Below, piece after piece: positions 12,820-24,500 of a stretch of 64,000 nt of DNA (the stretch's first letter is position 1; every line of letters starts with the position of its first letter). The notes below the pieces were generated by a model. That model was not told the DNA's origin. It worked only from the letters and a program-made list of their open reading frames with translations, and searched no databases. Source of the stretch: Octopus vulgaris (Eukaryota); the NCBI GenBank assembly GCA_951406725.2, contig OX597814.1:33852001-33916000 (forward strand). Direction: 5' to 3'. A program made the translations under genes and the position numbers.

Positions 12820-15800
12820 GGCCAACAAATGGAACTGAAGGCAGTAGTGTGAAAAGGAACTGTAAAAGAATTACACTTGATGATAAATTTGATTTTAAAA
12901 AAAAGCCTGATGCAGGTGGGTGAGGGTGGTGAGGTAGGAATCAACAACTTCGCCAAAACATTAAAGCTTGCAACGTCTACAGTGAGAGCAATACAAGGCA
13001 ATAAAGAGAAAATTAAGTGTACAAGAAGTTACTCTCTTAAATGCTTGGATCCTACTTTGCCTTAGATCTAATGTCATGTGATGCTTACAATGGAATGGCC
13101 CTTGGGAATATAAATCAAGGATCATACTTGATGCGTTGTGCAATAAAAAAAAAAAGGGGGCGGGTTATGATGATTTGCAGAAAAAGGAAAGTGAAACTTC
13201 AAATGGAAAAGCTTTTCTGATTAGTAAAATCTGGTTTGAAAGGCTTAAGAAGTGTTTGAATAAACATAAAATAAAAATGACTGATAGAGCTACCTGTGCT
13301 GAAACAAAGACTGCTGCCAATTATCTTTTACATGTTTCACTCATTAATTAGACTGTGGTCATGCTGGGGCACTGTCTAAAAGGATTTTAATAGAGCAAAT
13401 TGACACCGGTAGTTATTTTCTTTTTTTAAAGATGGGTACTTATTCTATCGGCATCTTTTGTTGAACTGCTAAGTTACAGGGGGTATAAATATACCAGCAC
13501 TGGTTGTCAAGCAGTGGTGGTAAAGACATACACACCCACACATACACATGGTGGGCTTCTTTCAGTTTCCTTCTACCAGTTCCACCCACAAAGCTTTGGT
13601 TGGCCTGAGGCTATAGCAGAAGACACTTGCCCAAGACGCCACACAAGGTGGCAAGCTGGCAGAGATGTTAGCACGCCGGACAAAATGCTTAGAGGTATTT
13701 CATCTGTCTTTACGTTCTGAGTTCAAATTCCGCCGAGGTCGACTTTGCCTTTCATCCTTTCTGGGTCGATAAATTAAGTACCAGTTACGTACTGGGGTCG
13801 ATATAATCGACTTAATCCCTTTGTGCCCTCTATGTTTAGCCCCTTGTGGGTAATAAAGAAATAAGATGCCACCACAACTGTGCCTATGTAATTATCCAGA
13901 GCAGGATTATAGGCGCAGGAGTGGCTGTGTGGTAAGTAGCTTGTTTACCAACCACATGGTTCCGGGTTCAGTCCCACTGCATGGCATCTTGGGCAAGTGT
14001 CTTCTACTATAGCCTCGGGCCGACCAAAGCCTTGTGAGTGGATTTGGTAGACGGAAACTGAAAGAAGCCCGTCGTATATATGTATATATATATCTATGCG
14101 TGTGTGTGTTTGTGTGTCTGTGTTTGTCCCCCTAGCATTGCTTGACAACCGATGCTGGTGTGTTTACGTCCCCGTTACTTAGCGGTTCGGCAAAAAGAGA
14201 CCGATAGAATAAGTACTGGGCTTACAAAAAAAGAATAAGTCCCGGGGTCGAGTTGCTCGATTAAAGGCGGTGCTCCAGCATGGCTGCAGTCAAATGACTG
14301 AGACAAGAATAAAGAGTAAAAGAGTTGTAAAAAATGATTGCTGGAGGGAGCTATGCACCAGAGCAAGTATACAATATTGATGACATTGCACTTTTCTAGA
14401 AGCTCATGCCTGCTAGAATTTTTGTTCCTTGAATAGAAAAGTCAACACCAGAATTTAAAGCTTCCAAAAATTGTCTGACACATCTTCTGGGAGGAAATGC
14501 CACTGATGCAAAATTAAAGCCCCTACTCATGTATCGCTCTCAAAAATCCAAGGGCTTTCAAGGGTTATGCAAGATTTAATTTGCTTTTGATTTGGTATTC
14601 AAATAAGAAGGTATGGATGACTAAGAGCCTTTTTTGAAGAATAGTTTTTGTCCTACTGTAGAAAGGTACAGAGCCAGACATATTTCCAGCAAAACATTGC
14701 TTTTTTAAAACAATGCAACCAAGAACCCCCGAGTAAACTTAATTAAGTTTTCTAATAATGCGAGAACAGAATATATCCCCAAGTGTACAACTTCTTTGCT
14801 GCAGCAAATGGATAGTTAACTTCAATATTATCCCAGAAGAACTTTCAAACATCATCATCATCATTTAGCGTCCGCTTTCCATGCTAGCATGGGTTGGACG
14901 GTTCAACTGGGGTCTGTGAAGCCAGAAGGCTGCATCAGGCCCAGTCTGATCTGGCAGTGTTTCTACGGTTGGATGCCCTTCCTAACGCCAACCACTCCGT
15001 GAGTGTAGTGGGTGCTTTTTACGTGCCACCCGCACAGGTGCCAGACGGAGCTGGCAAACAGCCATGGACGGATGGTGCTTTTTATGTGCCAGCGGCACAG
15101 GGGCCAGGCGAGGCTGGCAACGGCCACAATCAGATGGTGCTTTTTACGTGCCACTGGCACGGGGGCCAGGCGAGGCTGGCAACGGCCACGAACGGATGGT
15201 GCTTTTACGTGCCACAACTTATGAAAACATTGACAAGGAGGATAAACCTAGTTAGAGACTCTTGGAAGATGTTTCCCCATAATGGATGCTGTGCGTAACA
15301 TTACTGAGTTATGGGATGAAGTGGAAACCTCAACTCTGAATGGTGATTAGCAAAATACATGGTCAGACTGTAACTGTAACTTTACAAGTTTCCCATAAGC
15401 AGGATGTCTACATCAAATTCAGAAACATATTTGTGACCCTTGCAAATAATGTAGGGTTTGAAGAAGTCATCATCACTGTTCAACTGTGGTCGAGACAATG
15501 GAATTTACTATGTTACGCCAGACTTCACGGTCCATCATAGCATTACGAAGGTCCTGTTGCTGGATGCCTGTATCCCCGGAGATTATATCAGGGTAGGAGA
15601 GTGTGCGCCCTTTGGTATAGCGAGCAGATGGCTTCGAGAGGAGAAGAGTAGAAATTACCTCCTTTTCATCTCTACAACAATGTCCAGCAAACTGGACTCC
15701 ACAGAGAATGTTGTGATTATTAAATTATTAAGAGTTCCATGACGAACATTTATCTAATGAGGAATTGAAGCAGTGAGAACAAGAGCAAGCTGAAAAATAC

Positions 15801-16650
15801 AGAAATTCCACCAATTCTATTTGAATTGACTCAAAGAGTTGGCATTTATAGAGGAAGGTCTGCATGTCAAGTTTTTTTTAGAAAAAGACTAACTGTGAAT
15901 GCAACATAACAATTATAAGAGGAGTTTACAATGAGTTCAGTTCTTATATTGAGCAGTGCATGATACACCATAATCACCAAACAATTTTGCATAAACTCTT
16001 AACCTGTCAGGCAAATATTGATGAACTTATAAGACAGATGATAGTGTCCCTCATTCTCCCATTATCCTTCACACAGTAGCCAATATCTTCTGTGTTAAGA
16101 ATGTATCCTATTATTATAATTCTTATCTATCTCTTAATATACTCTTCCAAATGTTTTTATGAATACATATTGTACTGAGTATTTTTTAGACATCATCATC
16201 ATCATTTAATATCCACTTTCCATGCTAGCATGGGTTGGATGATCTGACTGAGGTCTAGCGAACCAGACTCCAATCTGCTCTTCCTAACGCCAACCACTCC
16301 GAGAGTGTAGTGGGTGCTTTTACGTGCCACCAGGACGAGGGCCAGTTTGGAGGTACTGCAAAGGCCATGCCCAAATGGTGCTTTTTATGTGCCACCTGCA
16401 CAGGAGCCAGTCCAGCGGCACTGGCGACGACCTCGCTCGAATGTTTCACGTGCCACCAGCACAAGTGCTAGTAAGGCGATGCGGTCGACATTTGTTATAT
16501 CCATGCAAAAAAAGTGAGAGTGTTGTTGATTTTTCAAAAAAATCCACCAGATCACATTATCACATTATAAGATGAAATTGTTTTACAGGATTTCATATTA
16601 CAAGTTTTACAGGAATGCATCACTTCCTGTAATATGGGAGATACTTGTAT
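12820..16650 (+). mobile_element. Decayed Tigger/pogo (CENP-B-like) DNA transposon broken by SINE insertions
   Basis: Fragments KRITLDDK, LATSTVRAI...KEKIK (psq HTH), F.ISKIWFERLKK (CENP-B HTH), EQVYNIDD.ALF, LLGGNA, KLKPLLMY, WYSNKKVWMT (DDE_1); stops and frameshifts; boundaries approximate. Confidence 0.75.
13912..14325 (+). mobile_element. tRNA-derived SINE family B (GGCGCAGGAGTGGCTGTGTGGTAAG head, GGTTCAGTCCC B-box-like, TAAAAGAG tail)
   Basis: Copies 22700-23078-, 25005-25412-, 30229-30628+, 32435-32850-, 35478-35745+, 47798-48190-, 52105-52463-, 52980-53350-, 54197-54586+ (approximate). Confidence 0.85.
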
Positions 16651-16773
16651 ATAAAATGTGTGTGTGTGTGTATTTTCAACAGTTTACAGACAAAACTAAA
16701 CCCATAGATATAGTGTAGACAAAATACATAAATAAAGAAGCAGACAAAAGAAAAGGGTCAGGTTGACTATAAA

Positions 16774-16830
16774 TGACCATTCTGTCTTAATGGTCAGATT
16801 TTGACCATTCTGTCTTAATGGTCAGATTTT
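16774..16830. repeat. 28-bp tandem duplication
   Basis: TGACCATTCTGTCTTAATGGTCAGATTT x2. Confidence 0.85.
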
Positions 16831-18129
16831 AAGGAAGAAAGTTCTAAACAGACTGAAGAATAAAATTTAAGCATTTAGAGATAATAAAGGGACAGTTGTG
16901 AAGACTGACCCTTTCTGTAATTTTAAGGGCCTAAATTACTCTGTTTCTCATGACAAAACAACTGGCTCCAATCTAAACTTGAACAAACATTCATTAAAAG
17001 TTAATTTATTTCTGTCTAGTTTTTATATGCTTTTTTTTTTAATCAATTAGAAAAAGAATAATTTAATAGGTGCTCTTGCCTGCCCTATATACATATTGTT
17101 TTATATATATATGGTGCTTTTTATGTGCCACCGGCACGGGGGCCAGGCGAGGCTGGCAACGGCCATCCGTTCGTGGCCGTTGCCAGCTTCACCTGGCCCC
17201 CGTGCTGGTGGCACGTAAAAGCACCATCCGTTCGTGGCCGTTGCCAGCCTCGCCTGGCTCCCGTGCCGGTGGCACATAAAAAGCACCATCCGATAGTGGC
17301 AGTTTGCCAACTTATCTGGCACCTGTACCAGTGGCACGTAAAAAGCACCCACTACACTCATGGAGTAGTTGGCGTTAGGAAGGGCATCCAGCTGTAGAAA
17401 CATTGCCAGATCAAACTGGGCCTTGTGCAGCCTTCTGGCTTCCCAGACCCTAGTTGAACCGTCCAACCCATGCTAGCATGGAAAGCGGACACTAAACGGT
17501 GATGATGATGATGGAAAAGAGAGGTGGTTGCAAAGAATCATGTCAGAAGGCTAAAAGGGAGGTTAAATGTTAGGTTTATTTAGCTAGAGTAGACACAGAA
17601 AAGAATTTTTGCCGATGTCCTACAGCATGAAGACCTGAGGCTTGAAGTTTTCTGGATTGCTAGGGAGTGTCTCAATGAGAATTGAGATGTTGTAGGAAGG
17701 AAGTGCGTACGGATGGATAAAGGTGGTGAGCTGGCAGAAACATTAGCACGCCGGGCGAAATGCTTTGCGGTATTTCGTCTGCGTTACGTTGTGAGTTCAA
17801 ATTCTGCCGAGGTCGACTTTGCTTTTCATCCTTTCGGGGTTGATAAATTAAGTAGCAGTTACGAACTGGGGTCGATGTAATCGACTTAATACCTATGTCT
17901 GTCTTTGTTTGTTCCCTCTGTGTTTAGCCCCTTGTGGGTAATAAAGAAATAGGATGGATAATGGTCTGCTTGCACTTAGTGATGTGAACAAGAAAGACGG
18001 ATGGAAGATTTACTATGTGGGTCTGTTGAATGTAGAGAATGAATGGGATAAAGGGAGTCTCCCCCATGTGAACCCTACAAAGGGGACCGGCTATCCTAGT
18101 GGATATGGTAGATAAGGTAATTAAAAACA

Positions 18130-19600
18130 TGATCCAGAATCACAGTTGAGATGTTTGAAATATCCAGTAAAGTAGGATACAGGCTAGCCACCCACATAGT
18201 TAACTAGGTCATTCAGGAAGGTGTAACACCCAGTGACTGGTGTAGTAACATAACTGTTAGTTATTACAAGGGTAAGGAGCCTTTTAACAGACAGCAAAGG
18301 CATATTCTTTGCAGCACTTTGAAGGCTTTATAGAAGTAGTTGATAGCTTCTGTTGGTTAGATAACTAGAAAGCTGTAGAAGAGAATACTCTGAAAGTATT
18401 GCAGTCAGATCAAGAACAGGATACAAAAAGTTTAAGGAGATATTACTTCTGTTGGCAACAAAGAAATATAATATAATGTAAATATGATATTCACACACAC
18501 ACATAATATGGCATGACATGACATATTTTATTCATTTATTTTCAAAGCTAAGCCATTGCTATCCTTGAAGAACATGATAACATTAGAAACTCAGAATAGT
18601 AATAGAGTAAAGGACTAGCTTCTTCCAGGCCTTAACTGAAGAATTCAAGACTGGTTGTCTCTGGGAGCTCTTCTATGCTGATGACTTTGTTCTTATAGCT
18701 GAATCTAGGACCTGACAAAAAGAAGAAATTTCAGGTGTGGAAACAAGGTCTGGAATCTAAGGGCCTTACAGTTAATTTAGCAAAAATTAAAGTCCTAGTA
18801 AATAGAAAAACAGACAAACCACAAGACCCTTCTGAGAGATGGCCCTGCTTGTTATATAAGTTGGTAAAAACTCCATGCATTGTACCCAGTGCATAAGAGG
18901 TGTGGTACTATCAAAGAAAGGTTAACAGAGAATATAGTCTTAGTATATGGCAAAAGTACAGGTACAATAAGCACTAAAAACACACAGACAACAGGGCTCC
19001 CTCAAATGCTTGGGTAGATCATTAGAAGTAGTAAATAGCTTCTGTTACCTTGGGGACCAAGTTAGCAGTTGAGGAAAGAGTTCTGAAAGTATAGTTGCTA
19101 GGATAAGAATGGGCTGGGCAGAGTTCAGAGAGCTTCTAGTTTTGTTGGTAGCTGAGAGCCTCTCCCTTAGAGTGAAAGGCAGATTGTAGGATGCCTGTGT
19201 ACATACAGCTATGCTACATGGCAGTGAAACATTGCTTATGGTCACAGAGGATTTGCTAAGGCTTGAAAAAAATGGAGCTAGCATGTTCTGCTGGGTGGAT
19301 GATATAGTTGTACATGTGACAGAGTGTAAGTGACTTAAGAGTATAACTGGGTATAAGAAGCATCAGATGTAGTGAGCAAGAGAGAAGGCTGCACTGGTTT
19401 GGTTATGTGATGCATATGGATGAGGACAGCTGCATAAACAAGTGCCAAGCTCTAATTGTGGAGGGAACCTGTCAAAGAGGTAGACACAGGAAGATGTGGA
19501 ATGAAGTGGTGAGAAAGGATCTTCAGCTGTTAGGCCACACTGAGGTAAATGACAATGGACTGAGAGTTGTGGCGATTTGCTGTACTTGAAAAGATGCATC
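18130..19600 (+). mobile_element. Degenerate RTE-clade LINE reverse transcriptase 3' part
   Basis: ALTEEFKTGCLWELFYADD, FCYLGD, LRVKGRLY.ACV.TAMLHGSE, RLHWFG, RGRHRKMWNEVVRKD; many stops. Confidence 0.8.
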
Positions 19601-19607
19601 AAGCCAA

Positions 19608-20327
19608 ATTTCCATCATTTTCGATATAGGAGGTGTAGTGTTTGTGGAGAGGATTGCAGATGAGGTTAACGGAAGTGAAGACAGCAGGGGCTGGTGGAAG
19701 AGCCACGGGTGCATGCATGGACAAAAAGAATGTGCAGGCAGTTCGATGAGAGGCAGCAACGTGCAAGGACGTGTTTTTTCTCGACAGATGATCGCTCATC
19801 CTGCCAAGGACAACAGACGTTTTTTAAATTCTTGGGTTACCTAGGTGGGATGAGCAATCACTGTCAAGAAAAAACACGTCCTTACATGCTGCTGTCTTTT
19901 ATCGAACTGCCCGCATGTGCTTTTTGCCTACGCATGCACCCATGGCTCTTCCACCAGCCCCTGCAGTCTTCACTTCCGTTTGCCTCATCTGCAATCCTCT
20001 CCACCAACACCACATAGCTCATCACAGCCCATAACACCACAGGAAGACAAACTTTAAAAAATTCTATGAAAATGGAGAATACATACATAGAGTAATCAAT
20101 ATTACCATCATCATCATTTAGTATCCGTTTTCCATGGGTAGTCCAGTCAAATTAATAAGTTCTTTCATATTGCCTACAGCAATCAGCCGAAATGCAGCAT
20201 AGGCAATATGAATGAACTTATTAATTTGACTGGACTATGGTAATAAATTGATTACTCTATGTATGTATTCTCCACTTTCATTGAATTAAAAAAAATTTTT
20301 CTCCTATATATAGAAAATGATGGAAAT
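19608..20327. mobile_element. TIR-bounded foldback element (MITE-like) containing two internal hairpins
   Basis: Termini ATTTCCATCATTTTCGATATAGGAG / CTCCTATATATAGAAAATGATGGAAAT; inner inverted repeats 19633-20015 and 20060-20287. Confidence 0.7.
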
Positions 20328-21036
20328 ATATAAATATATATACATATATCATCATCATCATCATCATCGTTTAACGTCCGTTTTCCGCGCTAGCACGGGT
20401 TGGACGGTTTCGACCGGGGTCTGGGGAGCTCGGGACTGCCCCAGGCTCCAGTCTAGTCTGGCAGTGTTTCTACAGCTGGATGCCCTTCCTAACGCCAACC
20501 ACTCCGCGAGTGTAGTGGGTGTTTTTTACGTGCCACACAAGGATTGGTTTTATATATATATATATAACATGGATTGGTTATTTTCTTCATTACTGTGTGT
20601 GACAGATAACAAAGGATCACAGTAGGTCGTGTGAGCTACTGTAAAACTCGTCCAACCCATGCAAGCAAGGTCAAACGGACGTGTGATGATGATATTTTTA
20701 ATCTGTTGACTTACATTGTTTCATGTTGTCGTAGAAAGAAATGTATTTGTATTTTATGTAAAATTTGTACACCTGTCCATAGTTAAGTCGAGATGTTTAG
20801 GTGATAAAAAATTTCCCCACTGTACTTTCACAACAATACTAATTTCAAAACACGAAACAAATCAATGAGGTTGCTTCTACAATCTTTGCTTAATCTGTTA
20901 GAAATAGCAAGTAAATCACCCCCATTAACTTTATATGAAAAAGAAATCCAAGTCAAAGCCCCTAAACTAGAAAGAACAAAGAGAAACCAGATTCCAGAAT
21001 TCAAACACAAACCTTATTAAATAGTAATTCCTGAAA

Positions 21037-21047
21037 ATATATATATA

Positions 21048-21101
<54 letters not shown>
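21037..21101. repeat. (TA)n microsatellite
   Basis: Direct reading. Confidence 0.95.
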
Positions 21102-21103
<2 letters not shown>

Positions 21104-21202
21104 GTAATGGTTTTTAAGTATAGAATATATGTTCAACAAGCATAGTATTGTTTAACGAGTCCATCGTATTGTTGCTTAGGCGACGAAACACGAAAACCTT
21201 AC

Positions 21203-21500
21203 TTTAACTCAAAGAGAATCTGAAGTACCGTTCACAACTAATGAAACAATATTCTATCTTTTGAATATATATTTTGTAAAATTACATTTTCTTATACACA
21301 AAAAAAAATCAAGATTACAGTAACATATTTGAAGCACTAGAAAATTTAATGACGCTCGTGTTTATGTGTTTGCATATATTTTTTGAAGTTTACGGCTGAA
21401 TAAGAAAAATTGGATGAAAAAGAAAAAAAAAATGTTGTACAGGTGGAACAATAATCATGCGTAGACGTGAACCAGGTAGAATAAGAAAATCGTCTAGGAG
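21203..21500 (-). other. Putative non-coding first exon of the zinc-finger gene, spliced to an acceptor at 9766
   Basis: Donor AAA|GTAAGG at 21202 (minus) in repeat-free, CpG-containing sequence; polypyrimidine acceptor TTATTTTTCTACAG| ending at 9767. Upstream boundary approximate; no transcript evidence. Confidence 0.35.
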
Positions 21501-24500
21501 ACGAGCCTCTAATGTTATTATTCCTGTGCCCTATTAAGCCACACACCCTTTCTCTGTCTCAAATGGCTTATAAGTGGAAGGACAATGGCTACAAACAATC
21601 CCAGGGGTTCTGTGACTGGCAGGAAAGAAGTTTATATTCAGATCAGTTTGTGATGTTAAACCGGGTGGCGGAATAAGTATATACCCAAATTGTAATTTTA
21701 ATATCCTAGGTCTCTATTAACCTGCCAGGAATCCCTCTGTATGTTTTGTGTACTCAGCGCTTTCCTTTTGAACAGAAGGCTACATTATATTATACAAATG
21801 AGGGAGCATTTACGCTGTCGTTCGATCAGCTAGAACGGGCAACCAACTTTCACTCAAAACACACCGTTTTCGATCTGAAATTAGGAAAGACAAATCGGAT
21901 TTGACAAAACAATGCTTGATTCATAAAAAAAGACGAGATGTCGTGGCTGGAACGTCTACAATTATAACAAGTCTGCTTGATCAGAGGTAACATGGAGCTA
22001 AGCAGCAATAATGTATTCGAAAAAGCAAAACAAAACAAGAGAAAAGTTTCATAGACATCGTCAAATAATTTTCGTGTACCGATCGATCACATCAAATATC
22101 TGTTATATATCATAGACAGTGTATCAATATCTGATACAGATCGATAATCAGTTCATTAATATTAATGAAACGTGCAAGCAAAAAAACATTTGTACCTTTT
22201 TTTTCCCAGCCGTGTGAATATAATGTCGATCTGAGTGAAATAATGATTTATATTTTCAAACTTTTGCCAACTATAAAGCTCCTTGAGCAAATTTGTTGTT
22301 ATATATATATATTTTTTATAAATACTTAGAGTGGATTGAAATATTTATATAAGAAATAAGTTATGTCTTAATACGATTCATCACAAACTTAGAAGCAAGA
22401 CCTGCCCTCAATAAAGGGTTGGGTCGAGATACCTTAACTTGTCGCATAGGACCGTAAATAACGGAAGTGAAGTGGTGAACGGTGTTCAGTGAAATACAGT
22501 CAACTATGAAAACTTAGCTCTTAGCTTCTGCTAGCGAAGTTGTTGTTTAGCCCTAGGATAATTCTGATCGAGCGAGCGTATGATCAAAAGATTTCCAGTC
22601 ATTGCCACACCATTTTGATTTTAGGAATTATGTATCGTGAATAATTGTGCACATTATTTAGGATGTCCTTCCAATTTTTTATGGGTGGGTGAGTGTGACC
22701 TACTCTTTACTCTTTTACTTGTTTCAGTCATTTGACTGTGGCCATGCTGGAGCACCGCCTTTTTTTTCGAGCAAATCGATCCCAGGACTTATTCATTTTA
22801 AGTCTAGTACTTATTCTATCGGTCCCTTTTGCCAAACCGCTAAGTTACAGAGATGTAAACACACCAGCATCGGTTGTCAAGCAATGTTGAGGGGACAAAC
22901 ACACACACATATATATATACATATACATATATACGACAGGCCTCTTTCAGTTTCCGTCTACCAAATCCACTCACAAGGCTTTGGTCGGCCCGAGGCTATA
23001 GAAGACACTTGCCCAAGGTGCCATGCAGTGGGACTGAACCCAGAACCATGTGGTTGGTAAGCAAGCTACTTACCACACTTAAGCAAGATTTAGTTGATAT
23101 TTCAAGCAGACATGCTACTGTGAGTGGCGGCTTCGCGCAGTGGCTCTACCACCTAAGGCTTAGGTCCTAAGCTGTTTAACTGTAAGTAAGCTGTGACCAA
23201 ACAGACCTATAATAAAAGCATTCCATTTATGACTATCGTATTTTATATTCAGATAACGTATTCTAGACTTTTTTTTATCTAACGTATCCCTCCTTAGTTC
23301 ATAGAGTAAAGGTAGATTTGATGGGTATTTGGATGCTAACAGGTCGAGTAGTTACTCTGTGGTCGGCTTGTGCTCTCAAAGTTTGATGCATACATACAAA
23401 GAAACAAATACACTTTTTATATGAAAGTGTGTGGACGAGCATTATCCGTCTATCTCTCTCTTTCTCTTCTCTGTTTGTCTCTTTTTCTCTTCTCTGTCTG
23501 TCTCTCTTTCTCTCTCTGCTTTGAAAAAAACAATTACTTAGGTATTTCTCAATCTGAAAAATTATTCTGACTTTCCCCCTCCCGCGTCTCACTATTATTT
23601 TGTTGTGTGATGAACATTGTGAAACTTAAGATGGCTTATTAAAACCATTCAAAGTTGTTCTAAGAGTAGCAACAACAAACTTCAAGTAATCTTGTCTTGG
23701 GAATAACCAACTCTAACAGAGAAAGGGTGGGGATACTTTTTTTTTAAGAAGTTAAAAGCAAATCTGTCAATGTTTACCTGCCTCATGGAAAGTTTTATTG
23801 ATATTTGCAGGTCACTAAATTAGCTGTTATTGAGAAAACTTTTGATCAAAATTATTCCAGCTGTGACAATCACTTATCTGATGATACAGTAAGATGTAAT
23901 TTGAGGAATATTTGACTGTAATTCTAACATGTTGAACAACCATATAGAAGGTCCTGTATTTGCTCATTAAAGTGTAGTTGCTACAATAAGAAAGTCAGAA
24001 GATATTTCCTCTGTTGTCAACAAAGTATTTCTTTCTCTGGATAAAAGGCAGAGAATAGGAAGTATGAGTAAGGTGTGTGATAATGTTTGGTAGTGAAACA
24101 TGGGTATCAAATATGAAGACAAGAACACGTATTTTGCTGAAGAGGAGGTATCAGTAGATAAAATTTATCTCTCTGTTGAGAATGGCAGCCTTACATTAAC
24201 AAACCAGAAAGATGCTTTCCTCTGTCTAGCTGTGCAATAGTTCTTTTAAAATAATAATAATCATCATCATCATCATCATTTAGCGTCCGTTTTCCATGCT
24301 AGCATGGGTTGGACGGTTCAACTGGGGTCTGTGAAGCTGGAAGGCTTCATCAGGCCCAGTCAGATCTGGCAGTGTTTCTACGGCTGGATGCCCTTCCTAA
24401 CGCCAACCACTCCGTGAGTGTAGTGGGTGCTTTTTACATGCCACCCGCACAGGTGCCAGACAGAGTTGGCAAACGGCCACGAACGGATGGTGCTTTTACG

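Noticed and set aside
13912-13985. tRNA-like sequences at SINE heads
   Set aside because: A/B-box-like motifs continue into SINE bodies; no complete cloverleaf
14894-15298. Recurrent ORF family ([19 protein letters not shown]; [22 protein letters not shown]; RRNLNSE)
   Set aside because: Translations of SINE copies in various frames and on both strands; not genes
19638-20088. Mirror-image ORFs (VERIADE.NGSED.RGWWKSHGCM) on both strands
   Set aside because: A consequence of the inverted repeat; no evidence of coding
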